This document shows positions 24,883 through 37,763 of a stretch of DNA of 64,000 bases, piece by piece. The DNA is taken from assembly GCF_037042905.1 (NCBI RefSeq), contig NC_087252.1:1304001-1368000 (forward strand). Reading direction: 5' to 3'. The translations under genes were made by a program, and so were the position numbers. This stretch comes from Lytechinus pictus. Taxonomy: Eukaryota. The notes beneath the pieces were generated by a model. That model did not search any database. It was not told where the DNA came from and saw only the letters and a list, made by a program, of their open reading frames with translations. Numbering within the stretch: position 1 is the first letter of the stretch; every line of letters begins with the position of its first letter.

Positions 24883-26896
24883 AGGGATGGTCCAGGCTGG
24901 AAATCTTTATAACTCAATTCACAGAGCAAAATGCTAAAAATATGATCAAAATTTGATAACAAATAACATAGTTATTGAATCTTAAAAATTTGCATTATTC
25001 CGGTGAAACAGTTCTAGGCATGTCTGTATGAATATTCATTAGGTGGGCTGATGATGTCATATCCCCACTTGTTCTTTTCTATTTTATTATATGAAATTAG
25101 GTTTATTCAAAAATTTTCTACCAAGAACTAAAACATTTGGATTAACAACTGATCATAATGGAAACATATCATTTACACACAGGCGCGTAGCTAGGGGGGG
25201 GCGGTGGGGGCGGTCGCCCCCCCCCCCAAAACGTCCCCAAAAAGAAAAAAAAGAGAAGGGAAAAAAGAGAGGAGAAAGGGAAAAGGGAAGGGAGGAAAGG
25301 GAAGAAAGGTCGCTTTGTGTTTTTTTTTCTTTTTATTCTTTATTTTTTTCTCAAAAGAGAAATTCCTTCACTCTTGCTCTAAATTTATATGTGAATTTTG
25401 CTTCCGCGCTGCGCGCGGTTAAATGACAATATTGAAGTTTTCCATTGTTTCCCCCACCCTTTCTCTAGCCCTGTTCTTCCACCTCAGATATATGTGTTTC
25501 TTGCCAGTTAAAGTTCAAATGTATAGATTAGGGCATGGAATTAGAGTAAGGTTAGGCCGAAGTATATGAAGTTATCTTTTTTTTATTGATCGCGCAACTT
25601 CTGGTCGGGTCGGCTCCGGGCGGGTAAAATCTTTATATCAATTTCTGCCGTCACCTCCATAAAGTCAACTTCTCCCGCTTTTCAGCTCATTACTAAACAA
25701 CCATAAATAAACCAAACAGGTTCCTAATTTTAAAAAAGGAAGGTATAAAATTCGTGTCGTATTAAATAAAAAAGTACAAATTTTTTTAAATCAAATTCTA
25801 TTAAACGTCATGTCATTTTCCTGCACATTCATCTCCTGTCCTGTTTTGCGCCCTCAGTTTGAAATTTTGAATGACACTTAAGTTTCTTTATAATTCAAAA
25901 TGAAGCGCTTCAGGATAAGTCAAAGAAATTAGGCATCATTTTTTTATAATTTTTATAAATTACAGAAGTTTTAACTTTTTGCGCACTATTTTCCTTGTAA
26001 TGAAGTTCAATAATCTTAGAAAATCAATTGAATTAGAGCCGATGGGGTATTAGAGATATCTGCATTTGATGAAACGCCCGCCCTTTGAAATGTCAGAGTT
26101 TCATTGCTCTGCGCGGGGAGGAATATCTTCCTCCCGGCATATAGACTTCTTCTCCTCTGTTTTGCGAGTTAAAGATATGCACTGTCGCTAAATTGTTTGT
26201 AATCAAATCTGATTTTTCCAAGGGAAGTATTCAATATATCTTTGAGAATACCCTTTTCTCGGCGGGACCCTTTTCATGGCAAAAAAAATGATTAAACGCT
26301 TTAGCTTCCGCGCTTCGCGCGGGGTTATTATTATTTTAATTTCCTCCATTGTATTCCTTTTTTGTGCGTTCACAATCACTTTTGAAAACAAGGTTCAAAA
26401 TCACAATATAGTCAACTGAATTGGAGCTGAAATGGGTACTAGAGACAAGAGAGACGGCTCCTTTTCATTTTAATTTATGAAACACCAAAAGCTTCGCGCT
26501 TCGCAAGGAAGGGGGAAACTCCCCCTCCCTGCACCCACCCCCTAGGGAGCGCGCTTCGCGCGCTCTGTAAGTGTTGGCACGCTTCGCGTGCATTTACCGC
26601 CCCCTCCAAAATGAAATCCTGGCTACGCGGTTGTTTACACATGCATGAAAAAATAAAACATTTATGATTTAATGTAATAACATAAGAAAAAGGAAAGTGG
26701 AAATGTGACATCATCAGCCCACCTAATAAATATTCATGATGACGTGCATATAACTGTTTTCACAAAATATTGATAAATTTTAGAATTCATCAATTTTGTT
26801 ATTTGTTATCCGATTTTGATGAAATTTTCAGCATTTTGCTTTGTGAATTTTACTCTATTTATTTGGATATTAATATTTTCAGCCCGAGCCATCCTT
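24883..26896. mobile_element. Kolobok-like TTAA MITE (family B) split by an hAT-like insertion
   Basis: ttaa|agggatggtccaggctgg ... cagcccgagccatcctt|ttaa. Other fragments of this family occur at ~39000, ~47120, ~49545 and ~51165. Confidence 0.75.
25180..26633. mobile_element. hAT-like non-autonomous element with 8-bp TSD
   Basis: tttacaca|caggcgcgtagctagg ... cctggctacgcggttg|tttacaca. Internal gcgcttcgcgc motifs. A related left end is at 49081. Confidence 0.8.
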
Positions 26897-27142
26897 TTAA
26901 ACTTTTTTTTATACCAGTTGACGTACCACTTTGGTGTCATGGCTTAGGGGGACTGCCACAGGGGCGACGCCATAGGGCGGTGGGGGGCAAAAGTAATTTA
27001 AGTCCCCTGTGATAGTGAGCCTGAAGAGGAAGGGAGAAAAAGATGTTAAGAAAAAAAAGTGTGTATACAACGAGGTTTTGGTCGTGTAGCTCCATATTCC
27101 ATGTAATTAAATTTATGAACAAATAATTTGTCTTACGCCTGC

Positions 27143-27372
27143 CAATTGCCAATTCGTCTACTGCCAACTCGTCCACTCACCACATGGTCCACTCTCATTT
27201 AGTCAAATGCCATTCCGTCCATCAACATTTCGTCTTACAACCATTTGGTCCAATCATCACTTCGTCTATGACAAATTCGTCTCGTAACCAGTTGGTCTAA
27301 TTTCCATTCATTCTCATTTATTTTGCACAATTTAAGACTTTGTCCAATTAGACCAAATGGTATATGGACTAA
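27143..27372 (+). mobile_element. Truncated copy of the MITE at 45068-45386
   Basis: aattgccaattcgtctactgccaactcgtccactcacc... is colinear with 45068 onward. Confidence 0.75.
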
Positions 27373-28138
27373 CACCTGGTAGTTCAGTTCAATTCTGTAT
27401 TTCATTTCCATGATACAAAGAAATAAGTTAAAATGAAATGATTAGAACATGAAGAGAAAAAGCAAAATTAAAATTTCGTCTAAATCGGACGAGGGATGTG
27501 CACACAATGCCCTTTTCTCTTGTTAAAATTAGATTTTTCAATACACCAACTTATGAAAATATGAAATAATTATGATTTCATGTAAGAATGAAATATGATG
27601 AGAAAGAAAAGTAGACATAGCATCATCAGCCAAACTTGTTTAATTTCGCATCGATGTACATTTTCTTTCACAAAATATTGCTTAAATTCAACAAATTTAT
27701 TTTCTTTCAAAATTTGGATTACATTTTCTGCATTTTGCTATGTGAATTTTATTGGATATTTCTATTTTCTGCCTTTTTAAGTACATCTTTAAAATTGGAA
27801 TAAAACTGCGTAGTAAGAAAATTATTACCAAAAATTATGTAAGGCTATTTAATACGGATTTATTGGTCATAAGTATAATACAATCTACCTGACTGTAATA
27901 GCTGACTGACTTATATTATTCACTTTCGTAGCCTCGCAAGCATTATTTTGGGTGGTCTTTACATCGAACTAAACCACTGGTCCAAGGCCATGGCTTTCTG
28001 ATTATTGCTAGATTATGGTGGTAATAAAACAACAAACCGATATGAAATTAAATTGTTAGCACGCCATGAAACACAATCCAACTTTCCATGATCTTTGTTA
28101 AAAAGAAAGATTTTACTTGGAGCCATGCCTCGAAAAAA

Positions 28139-28905
28139 GGGAGAGTCCCTTATCATGCCAAGAAAGGGAAAGAGGGTTTTCCCCCTGCCCGACTGCGCAC
28201 TGCACGCTAGTGACGTCACGATAATTCGCCGCCACGTCAACAGACGACCTGGCGCTGAACTTTTCGGGAGATTTATGATAGTCTAAATATTCAAACATCT
28301 AAGATAACAATAAAATATTGCATAAACTGTCCAGTCAATTTAATAAATGTTCATATTAGAAATTAATTCTAGGTGGGTTTGATCTGATTTTTTTGTATTT
28401 TTATTCGATACAATGTATGTTATCCAGAGATCTGATTACTGATTCAGGCAATAAATCGATACAAAAAGATTTACAAGAAAGACTAGGCCATAGGGCATAG
28501 CGTTGGTATCTGCGATCTCGTTCGTACACACAATACACATAACAATACCTTGCTGCATTTCGTGTGTTCTCGTGTGTGTCCTGTCGATTGCCATGAAGCT
28601 AGCAAGGCATACTTGTATAACGTATTGTGTATACATGTGTGTGTGTGCTTGTGCGTATGTATAATCAATGGAGCAGGGCCGTGTACAACGATCATACACA
28701 ACATGTCGGATGGTCCATCCAATCTAACGTTGTACATTGCGGGGGTTCCCCTAACACGCTCCGCGTACACGAACGACCCAATCCAGCAATTCGGCATTTT
28801 CCCTCTTACATGATTCCTTGTTCGACGTTTTTGATCAACTGAAATTCTGTGAATTATTTTCGTTTTGGAATTCCGACGTCATTTCGAAAGGCAGGGGAAT
28901 TACAA
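28139..28905 (+). promoter_or_regulatory. Putative NF-kB/CRE-containing promoter or enhancer upstream of the BCL3-like gene
   Basis: GGGAGAGTCCC 28139-28149, GGGTTTTCCC 28174-28183, CRE TGACGTCA 28211-28218, GGGGGTTCCCC 28741-28751. Locally CpG-rich. Confidence 0.55.
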
Positions 28906-29664
28906 GAAAATCACCCGATGTCCATGATATTAGTCTAAGGTTAATAAAGGTAGGAAAATGTATCATTTTCTTTGAGTGAATGAAGCTGAGCTGAGTGAAG
29001 ACTGTGAAGAGCTATTACGAGACCTGGCTGTACCGTGTGTCTACCAATTTCTTTTTTTATTTCCATGGGCATGGCATTGCTTCGACAATGTCGGTATAAA
29101 GAAATTACCCCCACAGCCACGCAGCCATTATTTCTCTAACTTCCAGCAGGCATAGGACTGGTACTCAGCTCAGGGACATTGTAATAGTTTTTGTAACGTT
29201 AAGTTTAGGGTAGATAACACTACAGTTAGTTAAATCATGGATTTGTCTTTAATTTCAAAAAATTAAATTGGAGTCTGATATAGTACTGAGTGTGATTGAG
29301 TTGATTCTGATTGGCCTGTCGCATGCTCAGGAGCTGGAGGGCGGGAGTGGTCATGTGTTTGTGAAACTTGGGGGGAAAAGACCTGGCCCTGCCTCTGATC
29401 TGGATAATAGTGAACTGAAGTTATTCTTTTGGAAACCATCACTGAAGCTGAATGGCTATGATGTTTATAGATGTTACTGTTACAAGATCTATAATATAGA
29501 TCTACATGTACTGTATATTTTCATGCACTACGTGTTTGGCTAGATCTAGTCTAAACACTTTTTTTTAATCATTTGTAACAATGATCAACAGCCAATCAAA
29601 ATTGAAGATTCCATCCATTACCATTGCAATAAATGCATGACAAAGTTACTAAGTGGTAACTTTT

Positions 29665-29828
29665 ATGAAGCGGGACCCAGGTACCCATTCTCCTCACCTG
29701 CGGGTTGAGTGCAACATAATGTGGGTAAATTTCTTGCTTAAGGAAAACACGCCATGGCTTGGAATCGAACCCATGTCCCTCAGATTGAAAGACGGGAGTC
29801 ATAACCACGAGAAGACTAGACCACGATT
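29665..29828 (-). mobile_element. tRNA-derived SINE fragment
   Basis: Minus strand has B-box ggttcgattcc followed by agccatggcgtgttttccttaagcaagaaatttaccc, as in the copy at 50383. Confidence 0.75.
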
Positions 29829-31000
29829 ATATAATCATATGTTCTGAGTTTTATGGCACTGTTTCTATAAAAAAAAAACTTATTATTTTACTGAAATGCC
29901 ATTTTCCTCCAGCAATCGGGATGGTTTTTTTTTCTTCATGTGTACATGATTTACTTGTTTAGATAGAGTAGGACCTAGAAAAAAATACATATTATGAAAG
30001 AATAATTCATAGAGCAAAAGGAAGGAAAAGTTGAACATTTGTTCTCAACACAAAGAAAAAATCTGAAGAATTACCTCCAAATTTTCGGCTTCTCAGCTTT
30101 CCACAGATGAACATTCATGATCGAATTCATATAGCAGTTTGTGATTTTGTTCTCCAATTTTGTTTTGACACGATAACAGAGCATGCATCTACATGTAGCA
30201 ACGCACCTGGCCAGAATTATAGTTTAGATATGATTTAAGTCCTCGAAACCAATCAGATGTTATGACATCATGACTATTCTGATTTTACAGTTGGCTACTC
30301 CGAATGCTACACATGTGGATGTAATTGTGGAGTCTCTGTGACTTTCACATACATCGCGGGTATCAAGAAAAGGAGGTCATAATGACTATTGTTACATTCA
30401 ATTGTTCATACATGTAATGTCCGTGTATCGTGAGTGAATTGTAAACAATACCAGTAGATCGTGATGTGAAGTATATTCCCCTTCCCCATACAACTCTCTC
30501 ATCAAATCAACGGGCGCCCCCATTTAGATAGAAATTCATCTGATTTGTTACCCATGAACGTATTCACAACAGGCTTTGAATGTGGACATATTGGGGGGAG
30601 GGGTAATGATATATTTATATCACATAGCACACCCGGGTGGTTAACATGTAGAAATGTCTAAGGGCATTTTTTTCTTATCTCTCAAAAAGACAATGAGCCT
30701 GTATTCTTACTTGTAGCTTTGGATTTTGGGGCCTTTTACCTACAATATACGATGTTTCTTGGACCCTATTAAACTTCGTCCTACATGCACGTTTAAATGA
30801 AACCCTCTATCAGTTATACTGTAGAAAGTATCGAGAAAACAAAGTGATCTGGTTAAGGGCAGGGGTGTCGTCAGGGGGGGGGGGGGGGGCAGGGAGACAT
30901 ATAGGTGATGCCATTTTCTCAATTGAATCATACGTGTATTATCGAGTTAAACGACCCAAGTTCTCCTTTTAATTTTTTTTCTCTCCTTTTTCCTCTCTCC

Positions 31001-31035
<35 letters not shown>

Positions 31036-32708
31036 GGGGGGGGGGGAGTTTACTGCTTGAAAAATCGTAGGGAGCGCTTGTTCACTGTGGGGCCGACCCT
31101 GCTAAGGGGTGCAGTTCGCAACCTCGTATCACTAACCTTTTTCTCCAGAACATCTCTTCATCTTTATCCTTTACCAAAATATGCCAGTAATGCCACCCCT
31201 CTCCAGTTCCCTAAATTCCAACTGCTCCGTTCACACCCAGTTTTCCCGTAGAAGTACACAATGTTATATAAAATGATGAGGTGTCGGTTTGGCCACGCCA
31301 CTTGTTATTAGAGAGACATTGTGAAATCGTCCATGTGTTTGCTTTTATAATGGTACTATTTATTTTGTGTGTACCTGGGGAAAGGAAATGGGAGGAAACC
31401 AAACATAAAATCAAACCATCACGTGTATAGCTATCATAGGTAGAGTAAACAATACTCCGGGAAAATCATAAAGAACTCGACCAAAAATAATTATAATAGA
31501 CCTCGAGATTTGTTGACATTGACTCTTTTGGTGTAAAGTTCGAGGATACTTTTTAGGGATGTGGTGCATGTTAACACCAATGGCGGATCCAGTTGGGGTA
31601 ATAAAACAAGGGATACCCCAACCATCCATTATAACATTTTGAGAATCACTCATTAAACATAGAAACTTACCATCCGCGCCCCTCTATGTTAAAATTTGCT
31701 CTTTGCGCCCCTTATACAGTATATATTTGGAAACCGGATACGTTATTGGGTAAAATGGTTGCAAATGAAATCAACGCAATGCCTAAATGTATTTTTCTTC
31801 TTCTCTTTTTTTCTTTAAAGATGTGTTTTTATTTCTGTGTTGAATTAAATACATCATGCCATTGCCTGCAAGACTGCTGCCTTGTATAAAACCTGCGAAA
31901 AGTGTAATGTTGTTAAAGTAGACATGAGATCGAATGAAAATTGTAAGTGCGGTTTTAGTATGATTGTATGTAAAAGTTGCTCGATGAGGTAAAACGTTGG
32001 GCGGAGGGGGCGGGGCGCTTATTTTACTATGCTCAAGGAGCAACGTTCAGGCTTTATTTTTTACCAAACATACCACACGATAGCAAATGATTATACATGT
32101 ACATGTATAATAATATAACTTTTAATATAGTATACATCACAAATTCTTTTCAATATTATGACCGATTCATTGTTGTGCAGAGCTTCTGCATGTGTCGTAC
32201 ATTAAAATGCAATGAAAATGTGGGCGTGGATTCGTCTCCTAGGTTACACAGCCGATACAATGGTTTGACCTTTTCTTCTCCAACCCGGGGGAAGAAAATT
32301 CTGATTATCAGGAGATTATTAACGACTGGAATAAACTCAGATAACTTAAATTTTCCATACAACCGATGCAATGTAAACTTAAAAGAAAACGCTTGAAAAT
32401 GGTTGCTTTTGCTGGGAGAGGCAAGTTACGCGGTTTATGGTGTAAAAAGTAAAAACTGCAATACAATATCAGGTAGGGGCCTACCAAGGCGACCATGCAT
32501 ATTTCTAGAATAAAACGCTCACATTTTTTCAGCGGGGAAGGTCTACTCCAGTATTCCTTTCCTTACATGCACACCCGACGTAAGCTTCTTGGTCTTAATT
32601 TCCGCGCGATTATTTGGTCCTAATTTTATTGCCACTTTTTTTTTTATACATATGTTATTTTTGAGGAGCAAAGTAAAAAAAAGTATGTAGAGGTAGGTGA
32701 ATATGTTA

Positions 32709-35486
32709 TAGTCCAGGATAGGCCCCATAGGAACTTGACCAAACCTTGTTTTTTTATATATACAATATTTTTTGATGGTTTCTTGTCAATTCGAGGGTGC
32801 TGATTACGAATCTGGATGATGCCACTCGTGTAACCTTGAGCATTTTCCGCAAATTGGCAAAATCCAATATGGCCGCCAAAATATGCAAATTACCCATGAA
32901 AATCATAAAATTGTCCGCACATTGGCTATGAAATGCATGAAATCGTGTGGCTGGAGTGAAATACTCTGTCAAAAAATGATTTTTGACAAAATCTTTATTT
33001 TCCTGATATTCAAAATGGCCGCCATAGGCCATTGTATACTCTACTATGTACAATATGAATAGGAAAACCAATTTTCACAAAAATTAGCACTAAACTGCAA
33101 TAAATCGCGATGTATGAACGAAGTAATATATGCAAATCATCATTACTAACGAGATATATCATTTATTATGTCATATATGGGAACATTGCTGTATTTTGAT
33201 GTAAAAAATAGCCCACTGGCCCAAACAGTATTATATACTGTACAATGGCAATGGCCGGGGCCAAAAAATTGACAATTAAGAGTGAGCACTAAAATGCATA
33301 TTATTAAGATTAAAAAAAACCATAATTGTTAATATGCCATTTAGGTGATAAATGCTGCATTTTGAAATTCAAAATGGCCGCCATAGGCCCTATATTTATC
33401 ATGTACAATGCGAATGGAGAAACTAATTTTCACACGAGTAAGAAACATAAAATGCATGAAATTGTGATCTACGAGTAAATATTGTCTGACAACATGTTTT
33501 ATAGCAAGACATATCATTTCTTTTGTCATGCATGAGATGCTGTATTATGAAATTCAAAATGGCCCCTGTAGCCTAGGCACTAACAGTATTATCTACAATG
33601 TGAATGGGGACATATAATTTTGTAAAAACTTGGATTTGCTTGACTATGACATCCATATAATCCTGTTGTATGAGTAAAATGTTATTTGAAAACATATTTT
33701 TTTTTATAAATTATAGCATTTCATCTGCCATATAGGTGATAAATACTGTATTTTGACATTCAAAATAACCTCTACAAGCCCTAATTATATTATGTAACAT
33801 GCGAATAGGGAAACTAATTTTCACAAGAGTGAGAATCATAAAATGCATATAACTGTGATGTACGAGTAAAAATATTGTCTTAAACATGGTTTCTAACTAA
33901 ATACATCACATATTGGTCGTGGAGGTAATAAATGCTGTACTTTGAAATCCAAAATGGCTGCCATAGGTCCTCAAAGTATTGTGTACATTGTAACATGGGA
34001 CATAGAATTTTGACAGAATTTGGCTTTGCTTGACTCTAAATATTGCATATAATTGTGAATTGTGATCTGAGGGTGAAATATTGTCTAAAACCATGGTTTC
34101 TAACGAGATATAATTATCATAATGTTGTGTAATTAAGGTGATATATGCTGCATTTTTAAATTGAAAATGGTCACCATAGGCCCTTATCGTATAATATGCA
34201 ATTTGAATGGAGACAAATAATGTTCACAAAAAGGGCATATGGCAGCCATTTTGAATGTTGAAATACAGTATTTATCACCTAAATTACATAAGATATGATA
34301 CATTTTGTTATAAATCATGTTTTCAGACAATATTTCACTCATACATCACCATTTGGCCAAGCAAAGCCAAAATCTGTTGAAATGATTTGTTCCCATTCAC
34401 ATTGTGCATAATACCGTAAGGGCCTGTAGCGGCCATTTTGACATTCCAATAACAGTATTTATCACCTAACTGGCAGAATAAACGATATATCTTAATAGAA
34501 ATTATGCTTTCAGACAATTTTTTACTCATAGATCACTATTACGTGCATTTATGGTGCTCACTCCTGTGAATATTGGTTTCCCACTTTGCATTGTACATAA
34601 TACAGTTAATGTCTATGGCGGCCATTTTGAAAGTCAAAATACAGTATTTAACACAAACTTGAAACCTGAATGATATATTTTGTTAGAAAATACGTTTTTA
34701 GACAGTATCCCATTAATTTATCACATATGCATTTTAGAGCTCACTCTTGTGATTTCTTTGCTCCTCTTTCTCATTGTGCATAATACTTTTAGGGCCTTTG
34801 GCAGCCATTTTGAATATCAAAATACAACATTCATCCCATACATGGCATATTAATAATATATTTCGTTAACAATTATGTTTTTAGTCAGTATTCCACTCAT
34901 TTAATCTTAATAATATGCATTTTAGTGATCACTCTTGTGAATTGGTTGGCCCCCAATTGCCATTATACGCAATACTGTTTGGGCCAGTGGCGGCTATTTT
35001 AGATATAAAAATACAGCAATGTTCCCATATATGACATAATAAATGATATATCTCGTTAGTAATGATGATTTGCATATATTACTTCGTTCATACATCGCGA
35101 TTTTTTGCAGTTTAGTGCTCATTTTTGTGAAAATTGGTTTTCCCTATTCATATTGTACATAATAGAGTATACAATGGCCTATGGCGGCCATTTTGAATAT
35201 CAGGAAAATAAAGATTTTGTCAAAAATCATTTTTTGACAGAGTATTTCACTCCTGCCACACAATTTCATGAATTTCATAGCCAATGTGCGGACTATTTTA
35301 TGATTTTCATGGGTAATTTGCATATTTTGGCGGCCATATTGGATTTTGCCAATTTGCGGAAAATGCTCAAGGTTTCACGGGTGGCATCATTCAGATTCGT
35401 AATCAGCACCCTCGAATTGACAAGAAACCATCAAAAAATATTGTATATATAAAAAAACAAGGTTATGCCTCTTCTATCCTGGACTA
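32709..35486. mobile_element. 2.8-kb foldback element with TAG termini and 3-bp TSD (Academ-like, non-autonomous)
   Basis: tta|tagtccaggatag ... ctatcctggacta|tta. The outer arms of several hundred bp are near-perfect inverted copies (ORFs 32754-33071 minus and 35105-35452 plus mirror each other). Internal modules are about 190-200 bp. Confidence 0.85.
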
Positions 35487-36207
35487 TTATGGTTAGGGCA
35501 TTACTTTGATTAATTTATATAAGGGAAAAACGCATGGATCAATTGATGGTTTAAGATTTTGTCGCTGATGTGTACAGAAATAAAGGTTTAGTTGACCCAC
35601 GTCCTCCCAACTCCCTGGTTGACCCTTCCCCCATTCTTGTGTCAGTGTAGCCTACAGACACCCCCCCCCCCCCTCCTTCTCGCCGCTTAAACCTACATGT
35701 ACAATGAAGACATCTCCGTGTCTTTAAGGCACAGTCACATTTCTCCTAGGTGGTTTGAATGAAAATTAATAAATTTGTTGTTTTCGACTCGCCGTGGGGG
35801 AAATGTGACTGCAGCGTATATCTCAGTGACTCCATTTTTTATGCTTCAGTTGTGATTATTGGTCTTATTATCACAGGCTCACAGATCAGGGTGACATTTT
35901 GTGAAAGTTGTCAGCACTGACGATTTCAGTGAAATACTTTGTTTTTATTGGCTCAGAAGCTCTGGCCGCTGACTGTTACAATTTAACTGCCGAAGAATTT
36001 CAACTTGTCAGTACTGGCAAATTGCATGAAATGGTCCCCAGTAATATTTTTGCACCCCTCCCCAATCTGCTTGATGTTACTTAGGGGAATACCCCTGTAC
36101 TGCTGTTGCGCGCGTTCGGCACACTACTGTATTCGCCGTGATGTCACTACAGGCACTGTGTCGCTTGCATAGCATGGATGTATTTGAAAAGAAATGACAT
36201 ATTCTAC

Positions 36208-36253
36208 ATGTACATCATAGAGATGTATACTAATACATCTCTATGATGTACAT
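36208..36253. mobile_element. Putative P-element-type excision footprint (30 bp between 8-bp direct repeats)
   Basis: atgtacat|catagagatgtatactaatacatctctatg|atgtacat. Same end sequence as 14264-14289. Confidence 0.7.
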
Positions 36254-37534
36254 GCATCGACGCAATATGAACAACGCCATAACCCATAAGACTAGACTAC
36301 TTGCGCAGGAGTAGTCCAAGCAGACTAAATCGTTTTGTGACTGTTTACCATGGACCTAGTAGATCCATGCTGTAACATTGAGTGTACAAACACTGATTCT
36401 TAATTTTCCCTTGTTTTCTGTTTGTAATATAGACATGGACTGCAGCAATTTGAATGATAATTATGGGTTTATTTACTAATTTTTCAGAAGAAGAGTGCAA
36501 ACTCAAGAGTCTGTTTTTGCAGACTATACTTGTGACGCAAACAAGGGACTTGCCCGTTTGAGACTGTGGTGTTTTTCATTTTGTCGTGTCGCATCGCTGC
36601 ACGCTCGTCTATGCCATGGTACGCTAACAATGCAACTCAAAGTAATCAATGAACACAAATACTTAGCTGCTACATCGATGAAGACATAACCTTGATCTAG
36701 CTAAAGGTTAAATGAACGAATTCAGTAAACTATGATATACTGTTTCAAATTATTTCGAGGGATTTGCATGGAAAACATGCATGTACGTCGTGATTCCATT
36801 TTCAACATGGAAAGAATCTCACGGAAAACCCAGTACTACACAAAGCCTGCCACAACATGGAAACTACAGAACAATCTCTCACCACAGATTGGAAGAATGC
36901 CACATAATGTGGCATGTTGACATTCAAATGATTATGCCATGATTTTCCCATAAGAGTTAAGACTCAAACGCAAGATTTAAAGGGAAACGCACCCTGTCGT
37001 TGGTTTAAAATGAAAAAAAAAAATAGATAATGATAATAATAATAATGTTAATAATAATAATGAACTTTAAATAGTATTTTCTCACAAAATTGCCAATGAT
37101 TTATTTTGATACTATAAAGGCCTTATCAGACATGCTGTTTCATTCTTATTTCAATGCAAGTATGAAAGTATTCCATCATCATCAAATACTTGTAGAAAAA
37201 TACGATTTTGTGTTTCTAAAAAGATGTGATGAGTCGAAGAATGGTGTTTATGAGATTCTGATTCGAGACATAACAAAACAAATATATCGAACCTACGTAC
37301 AGTAGTACATGAATGGCTTTTGAAGTGTGGCCCATTCGGATATGTACATGTCCATGGAGCTCTCTTTTTACATCCATGGTAGGGTCTAGTTTGATACAAT
37401 GCACATACATGTACACCCCCCCCCCCCCACCGAGAAGAATGGCCATTTAAGGGCGATTCCATGCTAGTAAACTCAGCCATTTTCACAACATGTTTCAACC
37501 TACTGTCCAAACAAACAATGAACTTCAATGTATT

Positions 37535-37763
37535 TTGTGGTAATAATAAAGTACTACTGGGTAGTCATGTAAAAAAAAAGACAACCAACAGAAATATGTT
37601 GTCCATGGGTGAATTAGAGGTGAAAATGGAGCGTGTCGTACGTGACATTTCTGAGTCCCGTACGACACATCATTTTCACCTGTAATTCACCCATAATCAA
37701 ACATTTTTTTTTTTGGTAATCAGTTTTTCACATGACTACCCACTATAGCTTTATTATTGCACA
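37535..37763. repeat. About 230-bp imperfect palindrome (MITE-like)
   Basis: taataaagtactactgggtagtcatgt pairs with acatgactacccactatagctttatta. Inner atgggtgaattagaggtgaaaatg pairs with cattttcacctgtaattcacccat. Confidence 0.7.

Noticed and set aside
32754..35452. Two near-identical 105-115 aa ORFs on opposite strands as a gene pair
   Set aside because: They are the mirrored arms of the foldback element, with no recognisable domain.
36341..36377. catggacctagtagatccatg as another footprint
   Set aside because: The ends match the CATGGAC family, but the flanks (ctgtttac / ctgtaaca) are not a clean direct repeat, so it was not counted.
37353..37378. catggagctctctttttacatccatg as a footprint
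   Set aside because: There is no flanking direct repeat.
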